The notes beneath the pieces were generated by a model. That model was not told where the DNA came from, made no database searches, and saw only the letters and a list, made by a program, of their open reading frames with translations. Positions 23,801 to 46,600 of a DNA stretch of 64,000 bases are shown piece after piece. Position 1 is the first letter of the stretch, and every line of letters starts with the position of its first letter. The DNA comes from Lama glama (taxonomy: Eukaryota): positions 310,001 through 374,000 of the forward strand of contig CM052842.1 of assembly GCA_028534125.1 (NCBI GenBank). Reading direction: 5' to 3'. The position numbers and the translations under genes were made by a program.

Positions 23801-26800
23801 TTGCAGGGCTGGTAAGGGTGAGCTGCACGTGGACGTTAGCTGGTCCCTCCCGCCAGACTGGCAGCACTCGGGGCATCTTGCTTGTTCACCACGTTCCGAC
23901 GCAGAGCTGAGCTGCTGGGGCTGAAGGCGCAGTGACCCTGCCTCTCCCTGGAGTCCAGGGGAGGGCAGGTGCCATATTACCTGAGCCTTTGTTGGGTCTG
24001 GAGGCTCCTAGAGGCTCGGTGGGGCCTGGCCCAGGAGCTTGGGTGTCCCTGCAGCCCCCAGGCTCTAAGGAGAGGCCTGGCAGGTGGGGTACCCAGTCCA
24101 CTCCAGAGCAGTGGGCTTTCAGGGCAGTGCTGGGAGGTCAGCAGTCACACATTCGGCTGCCTCTGGGTCCCCTCAGGAGGTCCCTGGACTCCATCCCAAG
24201 TCTCCCTCCCTCAGGCCCAGGGCCTGGCTGGGCCACCTGGAGACAGGAGAGACCCCGTGGGTCAGGCCCTGCCTGGGCAGTATCTCATCAAGAGGCATGT
24301 AGAACTGGAGCTGGCCACGCGAAACAGTGGGGGGTCCCCAGGCCCTGGTGGGGGTGTCTGAGTGTCCGTGTCCTGCGGGCCCTGGCACGGTTCTTGGTGT
24401 CCTGCCTGGCTTCCTCACTGGGACTTCACCAGGCAGCAGGTACCACTTCCTTCCCTGCCTTATAGAAGCTGTAGTTGTAGCCCTTGCTTTGCCTCTGTCC
24501 CTTGGCCAGGGCTCTGAGAGGAGGTATGACCGGGGCTCTTGTTCTGTACCTCCCACGGGGCGGCAACAGGCTCTGGTGTCCATGTCCCTTCCCCTCCGAG
24601 TCTCTGGCTTCTCCACTGACCTTCAGGGTGGGACGGGATAGGCTGCTTTCCTCCCTGACCGCTCTCAGAACCAGCCTCACTCCCCCACCTTAGCCAGCCT
24701 GTGTGTCCAGACCTGGCGCTGGTTGGCCCCTCCTCTATGCTCTTCCTCCAAGCCTGAGCCAGCCAGCTCACCTTCCTCCTCTTGTACGTTTTCAGTTTTG
24801 AACTGACTTAGAAATTGAGATTTGAGTGCAGCTAGACTGTGGCATTTGTGCAGATGTGGCTTCTGTGAATGAAGCCTTTGTCCCCAGCCCCGAATTCCCA
24901 CTATCGGTCTTCAGCACACAGGTCACATCCCTCACTAGACCCCAGGCACAGCCCATGGGTGCTGAGAGCTCACTCAGCCTCCTCCAGCCCTCAGCTCAGG
25001 GTGCGCGGACCCCTGAGGCAATGGGATGGAAGCTGGTGTATTCAAGGCCCCCATCATGTACGGGCTTGGCCAGGCAGTGGCCCGGTGAGTCTCTCTGCCA
25101 CCCTGTATCCCACTCAGAAGGGTCCTGGGCCCCGAGGAAGTCTGTAGCCCAGTGGCTTTCTGGAGGTTTGCATGGCCGGTGGGGCCTGTGGAAGCATGGC
25201 CTGCCTGCTCACCAGTCTCCCAGTGGAGATCCAGTGCCCTCAGTGGGTTCCTGCACATCCCTCCCAGGACTCCCTGGGCTCTGTGAGACCCCTGTGCCTG
25301 CCCCTCTTCACCAGCCCCTGGGGTGGACCTGGGGGAACTGTCTACCCCAGAGGACACTTGGCTCAAGCCTTTGCTCTTGCACCTCTTGTTCCCATGGGGG
25401 GCTCTCCTCCCCCAACCCTGTCAGCCCCTGCGGGGCCAGGCCCACTGCCCCTGGATGTCTCCCAACAGCACCAGGTAGGTGCTCAGGGGGTGTGTGTGGA
25501 CAGTGAGACACCCTGGGTAGCTAAGCTGGCAGCCTGTTATCCCCACGGGCCAGGACCCCCAGCCAGAGTGTACGGGCAGCAACACCCCCTGCCTGCAGCC
25601 CCCATCCCCACCTCCCACAGGCAGGCCCTGCCCACGTGCCCTCGTCCTGGGTTTCCCCACCTGCCACAACAGGGAACCAGCCTCACTGGGTAGGTGCAGC
25701 TGGCTTCTCACCTGTGCTGGCCGGGGAGGCCGATATGGAGGGGTCAGGCTGGGGGTTGACCTGAGCCAGGGAGGGGGTGTAGGAAGAGTCTGCTGCCCAC
25801 TCAGCTGTGTGCTGAGGGCCACTGCCATGCCTGGCTGAGTGCCCCCATTCCTGTAGATGTCTCCGTCAGGCTCTGTGGGGGACTCCTGGCCCCAGGATGG
25901 GAAAAGGCCAGGCCCCCAGCCCCAGTGTGCTTAAAGCAGTCTCCGCCAGTGGGCCTGCCTTTATGAAGGGCTGTAACCTCTGCAAGCCGACAAGGGCCAC
26001 CCTCAAGACACCCCTTCCACCGGGGCCCCACTGGCTGAGCCTGCAGCACTCCAGGAGAGAGGCCTGGCTCTCCTGTCAAACACCTGCGCACCTGGGGCCC
26101 TTCATGCAGTTGGAGCCCTGGGCCGGCCAGCGGAGGGTGGGGAGGAGGGGGCGCGTGCGGCTGTGCAAGTCCCGCAGGTCTGTGAGCTTCATCTCCCTTT
26201 CCTTCTTCGCAGTGTACTAACGGTCACTTGATGTGCGCTGGCTGTTTTATCCACCTACTAGCAGATGCCCGGCTGAAGGAGGAGCAGGCCACGTGCCCCA
26301 ACTGTCGTTGCGAGATCAGCAAGAGCCTCTGCTGCCGCAACCTGGCCGTGGAGAAGGCTGTGAGTGAGCTGCCCTCCGAGTGTGGCTTCTGCCTGTGCCA
26401 GTTCCCCCGCTCCCTCCTGGAGAGGCACCAGAAAGAGGAGTGCCAGGACAGGTAACTGGCAGGTCCTTCCATGCCCGCAGCCTGGCGACAACCTTGCAGG
26501 ACTGGCCACGTGAAGCTGCTCAGAGCCTGGGCCGATGGGGGTGGTGGGCACAAGGCCCCCCAGAACAGCACTGGGATCTGTAGCTAGTGTGTGTCTGGAC
26601 ATTACCCTGGCCCTCCAGGGTTCTTCCTGGCAGTGTGGTGGCCTCTTAGACACTGTCCTTGCATTCTTGGGCCAGGAGAGCATGGGTGGCACAGGCGCTC
26701 TGGGAGCGAGTTGTGAGGCCGCACTGGCACCCCTGCCTGGCTGGTGGACACTGCTGCCTGCCGGCAGGGCCCAGCTGCCAAGCCACACGTGGACCAGAGC

Positions 26801-29230
26801 AGTGTGGGCCCCACCATGGTCAGTGGCAGCTGTCGCCAAGCAGGAGAGAGACTTCACGATGCAGCTCCCACACGCTCCTTCTCAGTCTCTGCCCCACGTG
26901 CTCTGAGCCCTTCCCGGGGTGGCACACAGGGACTGTGCCCTTCAGGGGAGGTTTGTGAGAGCAGGGCTGGGTGGAGGCCCCCCCTTTGGAGGACCCCTGG
27001 GCGCAGCCACCTACCATGGGGCGCAGGCGTGACCACCGTGCTTGCCTCCTCCCCAGGGTCACCCAGTGCAAGTACAAGCGCATCGGCTGCCCATGGCATG
27101 GCCCTTTCCACGAGCTGACGGTGCATGAGGCCGCGTGCGCCCACCCAACCAAGACGGGCAACGAGCTGATGGAGATCCTGGACGAGATGGACCAGAGCCA
27201 CCGCAGGGAGATGCAGCTGTACAACAGCATCTTCAGCCTGCTCAGCTTTGAGAAGATCGGCTACACAGGTGAGGGCCGCCGCCCACTGCAAACCACACAG
27301 GTCGGGGTGGGGCCCGGCCGCCAGGGGCATGGGGGAGAGCAGGCTCCGGGCAGTGGGCACAGTTGTACCAGGTGGACAGGCTCCGCTGCAGGGGAGAAGG
27401 TGGGCTGGAGGCTGGGCAGGGAAGGGGCCACCAGGACCCTTGGGGGCAGCTGCATGGCTCTCACAGAGGCCCCTCCCCCTGTCCTCCCAACCCCAGCCCT
27501 GCCACCCCAGCAAGGCGGTGTCCTTATTGCGTGGGGCAGCACAGCCTTGGGACGGTCAGGGTCTGACCAGGAAGTGAGTGTGTCTTGTGGGGTCTGGGAG
27601 CTGGGGGCCCGCCCCTTGGAGCCAGGGGCAAGAAGAGTACTTGACGTCGCGTCCTGCCTACAGGCGGTTACTGCAGTGGCCGTGGGCCTCCTGAGGCCAG
27701 CGAGAAGACAGTCAGGGCCAGGGCTCCAGAACGAGCCGAGGGTCCCCAAGTCGAGCTGCAGAGCTGGGCGTGGACGCCCTGGGATGGGCAGGCTGGACTG
27801 CACCCAGGCCCACTGGATCTCTTGGGCTCTCCTGGCCACCACCACTGCCTTTGGACACGCTGGGGAGCAGGAGTCAGGCCAGAAGCTGGTCTAGACACAG
27901 AGAACAGCAAGAAGCACCTGCTGTCGCTGGAGCTGCTGGGGGTATTCTGGTCCTCTCCTGCCCAGCCCACGCCAGGCGGCCGGCTCAGAGCATCAAGGGC
28001 AGCCACAGGCAGCAGTCACACCATGCTGCCTGGACTGGGCCTGGCGAGGTGTAGGCCTGTGTAGGCCCCACAGGCTGAGGGCCTGGGGCCTCAGCAGCAA
28101 AAGGCCACGGCCCCTGATTAGTCGTAGCCTCAGCCATCCTGGTGGGCAGCGTATCACAGACAGTCCAGGCCAGGCCTCGAGGGTCCGGGCAGGCCGAGGC
28201 ATCGTGACTGCAATGGCAGCCGGGCAGAAACAACTGGCCATCTCCGTGGAGTGACTCGCAGGCCATGGGCCGTGCTGAGAGGACAGTGTGACAGCAGTCG
28301 CCCACTGACGGGCGGGCCTGCGGCCGGCTGGCAGAGCCCAGCATTGGGCCAGACACTGGCACTCCGCCTCACAGCCCAGCGCAGGCTTGGGTGCCACACG
28401 CCAGCCCTCCTGCCGGCTTTTCTGGCAGCTCTGTATCAGAACCAATAAAGTGCACTTGTTCTCAGAACTGCATCCTGTCTGTGTGTCTGCTTACCCACGC
28501 CCCTGGGGCGGGGCCTCTCCCTCTGCTGGGCCTTGAGGGGTGGCAAGGAGGGACGCCAGTAGGGGCCCGGCAGGGCCAGCCGCTCACCTCTTGCAGCCTC
28601 TGGACTCCATGCAGCTAATGCGTGTCACTTCTGTTTATAGTCGTTTCCCCCAAGCTTGTGTGCGCCTCCGTTTGCCATAATCGCGTTTGACTTGCCTTGT
28701 GCCAAGTAGAGCGCATGGTGTCCTGGTAAGTTGCCTTCCTCCCTGGCTGAGCCTGTGTTCTCAGCCGGTCGGGAAGGCGCCACCACCCGGCCCTGCCCGC
28801 TCTGACTGCCGGCCCTCCCGGCCTGTCTGTCTCCACAGAGGTCCAGTTCCGGCCCTACCGCACGGATGACTTCATCACGCGCCTGTACTACGAGACGCCG
28901 CGGTTCACGGTGCTGAACCAGACGTGGGTCCTGAAGGCACGTGTGAACGACTCGGAGCGCAACCCCAACCTGTCCTGCAAGCGCACGCTCTCCTTCCAGC
29001 TGCTCCTCAAGAGCAAGGCCACGGCGCCGCTGGAGTGCTCCTTCCTGCTGCTCAAGGGCCCATATGACGATGTGAAGATCAGCCCCGTCATCTACCACTT
29101 CGTCTTCACCAACGAGAGCAACGAGACGGACTACGTGCCGCTGCCCATCGTCGACTCCGTGGAGTGCAACAAGCTGCTGGCCGCCAAGAACATCAACCTG
29201 CGGCTCTTCCTGTTCCAGATACAGAAGTAG
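17871..29230 (+). CDS. ZFTRAF1: Zinc finger TRAF-type and RING finger containing 1 (CYHR1), 404 aa
   Basis: Exons 17871-18242, 26213-26451, 27057-27268, 28839-29230, in frame. RING-like CTVC...[11 protein letters not shown]...CPNC, TRAF-type zinc fingers (CGFC...HQKEEC; CKYKRIGC...HEAAC), ends LFLFQIQK. Confidence 0.95.
17937..17984 (+). repeat. Coding hexanucleotide repeat (GGGGCC/GGGGTC) x8
   Basis: GGGGCC GGGGTC GGGGCC GGGGCC GGGGTC GGGGCC GGGGCC GGGGCG, encoding [16 protein letters not shown]. Confidence 0.95.
18135..18158 (+). repeat. Pure (GCG)8 polyalanine repeat in ZFTRAF1 exon 1
   Basis: Read directly from the sequence. Confidence 0.95.
28641..28725 (+). other. Candidate 85-nt stop-containing cassette exon in ZFTRAF1 intron 3
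   Basis: Branch-like GCTAAT, then TCACTTCTGTTTATAG acceptor and CTG|GTAAGT donor; in-frame TGA at 28688-28690. Confidence 0.6.
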
Positions 29231-31620
29231 GCAGCCCGCGGTGCTGCCCACACCGCCGGTGGCAGCTTCGCAGTGCAGGCGACCACTGCAGCGACGAGTG
29301 AGAAGGAATAGAAGGGAACCTTGGGACGTCTGCATGCGTGTGTGAAGGTGTGAGCGCTCATGCCTCGCCCTCCGCCCCACCTCCCCTGTCCCGGGCACTG
29401 GAGGCTGGGCCACCGCAGAGGAGACACTGCTGGGGACCCGAGAGGCCCAGTGCGGCACAGCGGCCCTGCCTCAGACCCCATGTGCAGTGCAGTGGGCCAC
29501 ACACCTGCTCTGGGCCACACACGGCTCCTGGGCCGGGCTCGGGGGCACTGACCTCAGACGGCATATTTGATTGCAATTAAAAAGGCACCCTTGTTTCCTA
29601 CTTTCTGTTTTGTTCGAGGGAAAGGCGTGGCTGTAATCAGACAGCATGGGGGCTTTGGTTTGGCTGGGAGTCAGAGCCTATCCATCCCTGTTACTGCACC
29701 TTCCTGTCCCGCACCCTCAGGAGAGACTTGGAGACCCTGCCCCCTCTGATGGGCCTGGGCAGGGGAGCAGGCGGGGTCAGGGGTCTCAGCAACGCCAGCA
29801 TACCGCCAGGGAGGCAGGGCTCGGCCACCAGGGCTCAGCAGACTTTTCGGAATGCAGGGTGATTTTTCTGTCTCTTCCCAGGAAAAAAATTAAACTCTTT
29901 ACAGGCTCTTATAAGTTATGCACATTTAGCAAGAGAGAATCTATCTTCTGTAGTCTCATGGGTGCAGTGTCCATAGGATGTGAGGCAAGTTCTGGGGTCT
30001 GCTGGCAGTGAGCAAGGCCTGGCTGAGCCAGGGTCTGAGTGGTCCAGCTGCCCCCGGGCTGCTCTCGGCAACCAGCTGCTGGTCCTGCGTCCAGGGCTCT
30101 GTGTGGAGGACAGCGCTCATCAGTAGTTTCTCACCTGAGGGAGGTGGGCTCCTAGGGCAGTCATGAGCAGGCCCAGTGGGGTCCTCACACAGGGAAGGAG
30201 CCCGGCCCTGGGAGCTACTAGGGAAGGGAGAGCTTGGGCCCTTGCTTAGGAGACCAGGCTCTCCTGTGAGAGCTTTTTGTACTGTGAGAGCAGTACCAAA
30301 GAACTGCTTCCTTCACTCCTGGCCAGGCCACCCCATGTTCAGAGCAGCCACCCCACCCCCATCACCTGGGGCCTGCAGACTCAATGGGCAGGGTGGCCCT
30401 GGCCTGTCTCATGGCTCCTCCCTCTCCAGGCCCTGGAGGTGGGAGCTTCAAAGTTGTGTGAGGGAGCTGTGGGGAGTGGGAGCCTCACCTTGGTTACTCG
30501 GAGAAGCCTGTATGGCTTCCTGTTCCCCACCCAGGGCATAGGACTCGGGGGCTCCCCTCCCGCAAGGCCGACTCAGCCCAGCCACTGTGGGGACCAGGAA
30601 GTGCAGCGCTTGATTCCCTGCCCCTACGAAGAAAGAGCCCAGCCTTGGGGCGAAGCGCTCTGACTTGGGCACACCCTGGTCTTGTTCCCCTGCCCTCAGG
30701 CGGCCTGCCATCTGCAGGCACAGAGGATGACGTTCAGGTGAACACTGGCTGGGTCTCCTGTGGGGGCTGGCGCCCTGTCACACATCTCCATGTCTGTTGG
30801 GGATGGATGCCCTCTCTGTGGAGTTCCTGGATTCCAGAGCGACTGTATTCTGAGGGAAGCCGGGGCAGAGGTAGGCTTGCTAGTCTGTGCGCGTTTGAGC
30901 AAGCCTGAAAGAGATGGAGTCAGCAGAGGGGCTCCCAGCAGTGCTGGTGGGCTGGGCAGGTTAAGGTATGTGGCTGCAGAGAGGGCCAGGCAGGGGTAGG
31001 GAGGAACCTGGTCTGCAGGCCTCCTTGGCCCTGCCTCAGTCCTGGGCCAGCAGCCCTGAGTGCGGGGCGGGGGGGGCCTGGGGCTTGGTGCTGCAGCACC
31101 AGGGTCAGCCACAGGCTGGGGCCCCGCAGTCCAGTGCCTCCAGCTGCCCAAGAGCCTGTGTGAGAGGGGGCTGGTGCCCAGTTGAGGCCCTACCCGTAGG
31201 GGTGTAGGTGTGGGTCACGGGGCAGAGGGCGCCTGAGAAGACCGCTGATAAGCCTGGCAGAGCCCCCACCTGTGACAGCGACCTCAGCTGCTGAGCCTTG
31301 TGACCTGGTGGAACCAGGCGCCCTGGGCGCTGTAATATACCTTGGCCACTGCTGGGGGCTGGTGCCATAAACCTCCCTGTGGCATCTCACTGGGAGTCAC
31401 TAGCTTACTGGGGAATGTCCCAATAAGGAGACACCAGTGGTCTGTCTCCAGGGCCCCATGCCATCTGGGCAGCCTGACCGAGGGGTTGGGGAGCAAGCAT
31501 GGCAGATGTGAGGGAGGCCTGGGGGCACAGGTCAAGCCAGCCCCTTCCCCCTCTCCCCCTCACTTCCAGGTAAGCACTACATCTCTCTCAGTTCACCCAA
31601 AGTGAGACATTTACAAAAAT

Positions 31621-31626
31621 AATAAA
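31621..31626 (+). terminator. Distal ZFTRAF1 poly(A) signal AATAAA
   Basis: Lies in an AT-rich patch followed by U/GU-rich sequence; proximal ATTAAA at 29576 and 29889. Confidence 0.6.
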
Positions 31627-32948
31627 AATAACTTTTTAAAGAGTGGAGTGAAGAGGTGTTTTTACTGCTGTCATAACTGACTTAACACGTTGCTTTTGTG
31701 GTCTGTATTCTCTTTGGATATTTTCTTTTTGTTTGTAACTACAGTTTTAAGAAAGTTCCAAACCACTTCTTGTTTGTGTTTCCTTACAAGAAGACAGCCT
31801 CCCTTTGGATGGCTTCCCTGGGCTCTGACAGCCTCCCTACTCGGGGTCAGCTGCTGCCCCTGCGAGGCCCCACTCTGTGGCCTCCCTACCTGGGCTTCCA
31901 AATCTCGCTCCCTGTCTGACCAGAGAGGAAACTGAGGCATGGAGAAGTTGGGTCCTCTCCGAAGGAGAATCAGGCCCCAGGACCTGGGCTGTCCTGTGAG
32001 TGCTGGTGCTGAAGGGGTGCCTGCTCAGTCCCCAGGAGCCCTGGTGGGGGGGGTGCCTCCACCTGCAGCCCATTCAGCTGAGACAGTCTCTGCTCCCCCA
32101 TCCCCACCCACCTCCACCCTCAGCCTCATTATGCCCCTCGCACCTCATCAGCCTGCCCACCAGGCCTTGGTTTCAGGGCCTCCCTGTCCTGCCCCTGGGT
32201 CCCCGGGACAGAAGAGCACCACACCCTTCAAGAGGCAAAGAGGAGCACCAGACACCTGCAGTCATCTTCGCACCTCCTGCAGCTCCTCAAGCTTGGCCTT
32301 CCTCCCCCACCCCCAACCCTTTCGGCCATACACTGGCCCTGGGCAGCCTTCCCCAGACCTGGGGATCACTGGCCCTCCCCGTTACTCCCTCCAGAACAGG
32401 CCTTGCTACACATCCACTGGATGAGAGTTTTACCCCATTGGGTCTGTTTCCATTTCCACAGAGAATAAAACTGCCCATCTCCCACTCCTTTTGAACCTCC
32501 TCTGGGGCCTCTGGGGCGTCGGCACTGACACCTGGGGCCCAGGGCCTGGCAACAGGGCAGGGGCAGGGCCCCAAAGCCCCGCAGGTGCTTGATTCTCTAG
32601 GTGCAGGGGCAGGACAGGCATTTAGAGGTCAGGGGCCTGGTGCACCACCTCCCCAGGGCTCTACACCTCTCCGAGCTCCTGGACTGAGAAGTCCGGGTCA
32701 CATCGCTGGGGGCCCAGAGCCCACTGTCTTCAAGCTCTCAGCACAAAGCAGTTCTGCAGTTCTAACGCGCGGACGCCGACTTTTCCAAGAACACAACAGC
32801 ACTTGCTATGGTCATTTTGGAAGACGCAGCCCTTTTTCTCCTGACAGCCCTGGGGGCTGGAGTCCCCACGTGTGACGACCGTGGCCCGCTCCCTGCTGTT
32901 CCGCAGGTTCTGGGATGGAGGCGCCTGTGACTATGCCCACTAATCCAA

Positions 32949-32984
32949 ATGCGTGTGTGTGTGCGCGCGCGCGCGCGCGTGTGT
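32949..32984. repeat. Alternating purine-pyrimidine tract (TG)n(CG)8(TG)n
   Basis: ATGCGTGTGTGTGTGCGCGCGCGCGCGCGCGTGTGT, 36 bp of perfect alternation. Confidence 0.95.
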
Positions 32985-33305
32985 CTGTGTGTGGCGGCGG
33001 CAGCTGCGGGGCCGCCCACGCGGGCTTGCATGGTTGAGGAGGGGTGCTGGGACCCCTAGGCCGCCCCCGGACCCCGGGAGTCGCCCGCCCTCTCGAAGCC
33101 GTTTCCCGCCCCGGCATCAGCCCTACTACAACTCCCGGGATGCTTCGAGCGTCAGGACTACACTTCCCGGGATGCTCCGCGGCGCGCGGGCAGGACTGGG
33201 CCTGCGCTCGGGTCCTAGGGGCGGGGCCGCGGCGGCGGAGCGAAGGCGCGGGAAGTCCGGAATCCTGCGCGGGAAGTCCGGAATCCTGCGCGCGGCAGCC
33301 AGAAT

Positions 33306-45115
<11,810 letters not shown>

Positions 45116-45159
45116 CAGGCCAGCACCATGCCCGCCCTCCCTTGCCCACCCAAGCCCCT

Positions 45160-45165
45160 AATAAA
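45160..45165 (+). terminator. TONSL poly(A) signal AATAAA
   Basis: 45 nt after the stop. Confidence 0.8.
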
Positions 45166-45269
45166 GCAACTCTGCTGCTGCCTCCACCTCCCTCTGCAGC
45201 TGCTTGAAAGGCTGGTGGGAGGTGGAAGGCGGGGTTTGCTTTGCTGTTGGGAAGCTCAGAGCCCTCTGG

Positions 45270-45790
45270 GATTGAGGGTATCACTGCATATATACAGCAA
45301 GCCAAAATTCTGAGACGCCAGGTTTGAAGCAGAGAAAGGATTTGTTCACACAGCCACCAAGTAAGGAGGTGGGAGGATAGTTCTCAGTCCACTTCCCAGA
45401 AGAGTAAGGGCTTGGGATATTTGTGGGATAAACAAGCAAGGTGGTCTTAGGCAGGGGGAAAGGAGACTGGGAGGTAGGGGAGATGAGCATCAGTGTGCCT
45501 CACAGGTGTACCTGAGTTACTTGCTTCTTCCTGGGACCCATGTTCAAAAGTGGCGGCGCTTGGCATGATCTGAGGGGGCAGTTCTGGGCCTTCTGATATC
45601 AAAAGGGTATCAGACACGTGCAGGCCCAGGGGGCGGTGGTCCCAGCCAGTCTTAACTGGCTTGTTCAAACTGGACACAGCCCACTCCAACTAACTGAAAA
45701 ACAACAGAGAGGAAATACCTTTATTAGGACACGCAAACACTAGTAACAAAGCGAGCGTGGTCAGTGAAGCAAGTTAAAGAAGAGCGAATT
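45270..45790 (-). mobile_element. ERV1-class (MER41-like) solo LTR between TONSL and VPS28
   Basis: CTGAGACGCCAGGTTTGAAGCAGAGAAAGG...GGCTTGGGATATTTGTGGGATAA...GCATGATCTGAGGG...ATCAAAAGG resembles laurasiatherian ERV1 LTRs as I recall them; boundaries approximate. Confidence 0.55.
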
Positions 45791-45949
45791 TTAACGACAA
45801 AGGCAAGCTTAGGAATTTCTGCTAGTCCCAGCTTCCGTTAACCCTATGGGGCCCAGGGTCAAGGGCAGATCTGGCCACACAGAGGCCCGACAGGTGAAGG
45901 CAAAGCCTTTCACTACCGCAGCCTCCAGTCCCTGTCAGGCGGGACTCGG

Positions 45950-46600
45950 GTTCCATCACCAGCGGGGCGGGGAACCAGCCCCGCGCGCAGGCGCAGGCGC
46001 CGACGCCAGGGCCCAGCGCCGAGGCGGGGCGCGCGCAGGCGCAGACACTAGGGCCCAGCGCCGAGGCGGGGCGCGCGCAGGCGCAGGGCCCCCGCGCCAT
46101 CTCCAGCACCTGCGAGGCGGTCCAGGTACTGCGGGCCCGGGGGCGGGAGAGGGCGGCTTGCCGGATGGGCGAGGGCTACGGGCCCAGGCCCGAGAGCATC
46201 GCCATGCCGCGGAGGGCAGTACTCGCGCCCGCGCTCCTCTTCTCTCCCCATCTTGGGGTCCCCTCTCCGGGCGCCCCCGGTCTCCTGGCTCTGGCTCTGC
46301 CCCGGTCCCGAAGCTGTCAGCCGTTTCACCGGGACCGGCGTCTCAGAGCGTGGCGCTCGTGGCGGCCGGGCCGCCGGTCGTCCAGCGGCTCCCGCGGCCC
46401 GCCTGCGCGCCCGCGCCCGGTCAGCCCGATCCCAGGGCGTCCCGCTCGCCTGGACGCGGTAGCCGTCCGAGTGGGAGGCCCCCACGCACTCGCTGTGGCC
46501 TTTCTCTGCAAGCTGGCTACTCCGGCTAAGGGGCCGGTTTGTGAGATTTAGACGAGGATTCGCTTGTAGCCGGGGACGGTCGTTTTCGTGGCTAAGTGGA
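45950..46600. promoter_or_regulatory. VPS28 CpG island promoter with duplicated Sp1+NRF1 module; non-coding exon 1 ends at about 46125
   Basis: GCGCAGGCGCA motifs within 45983-45996, 46031-46044 and 46073-46086; donor CCAG|GTACTG at 46125/46126. Confidence 0.85.
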
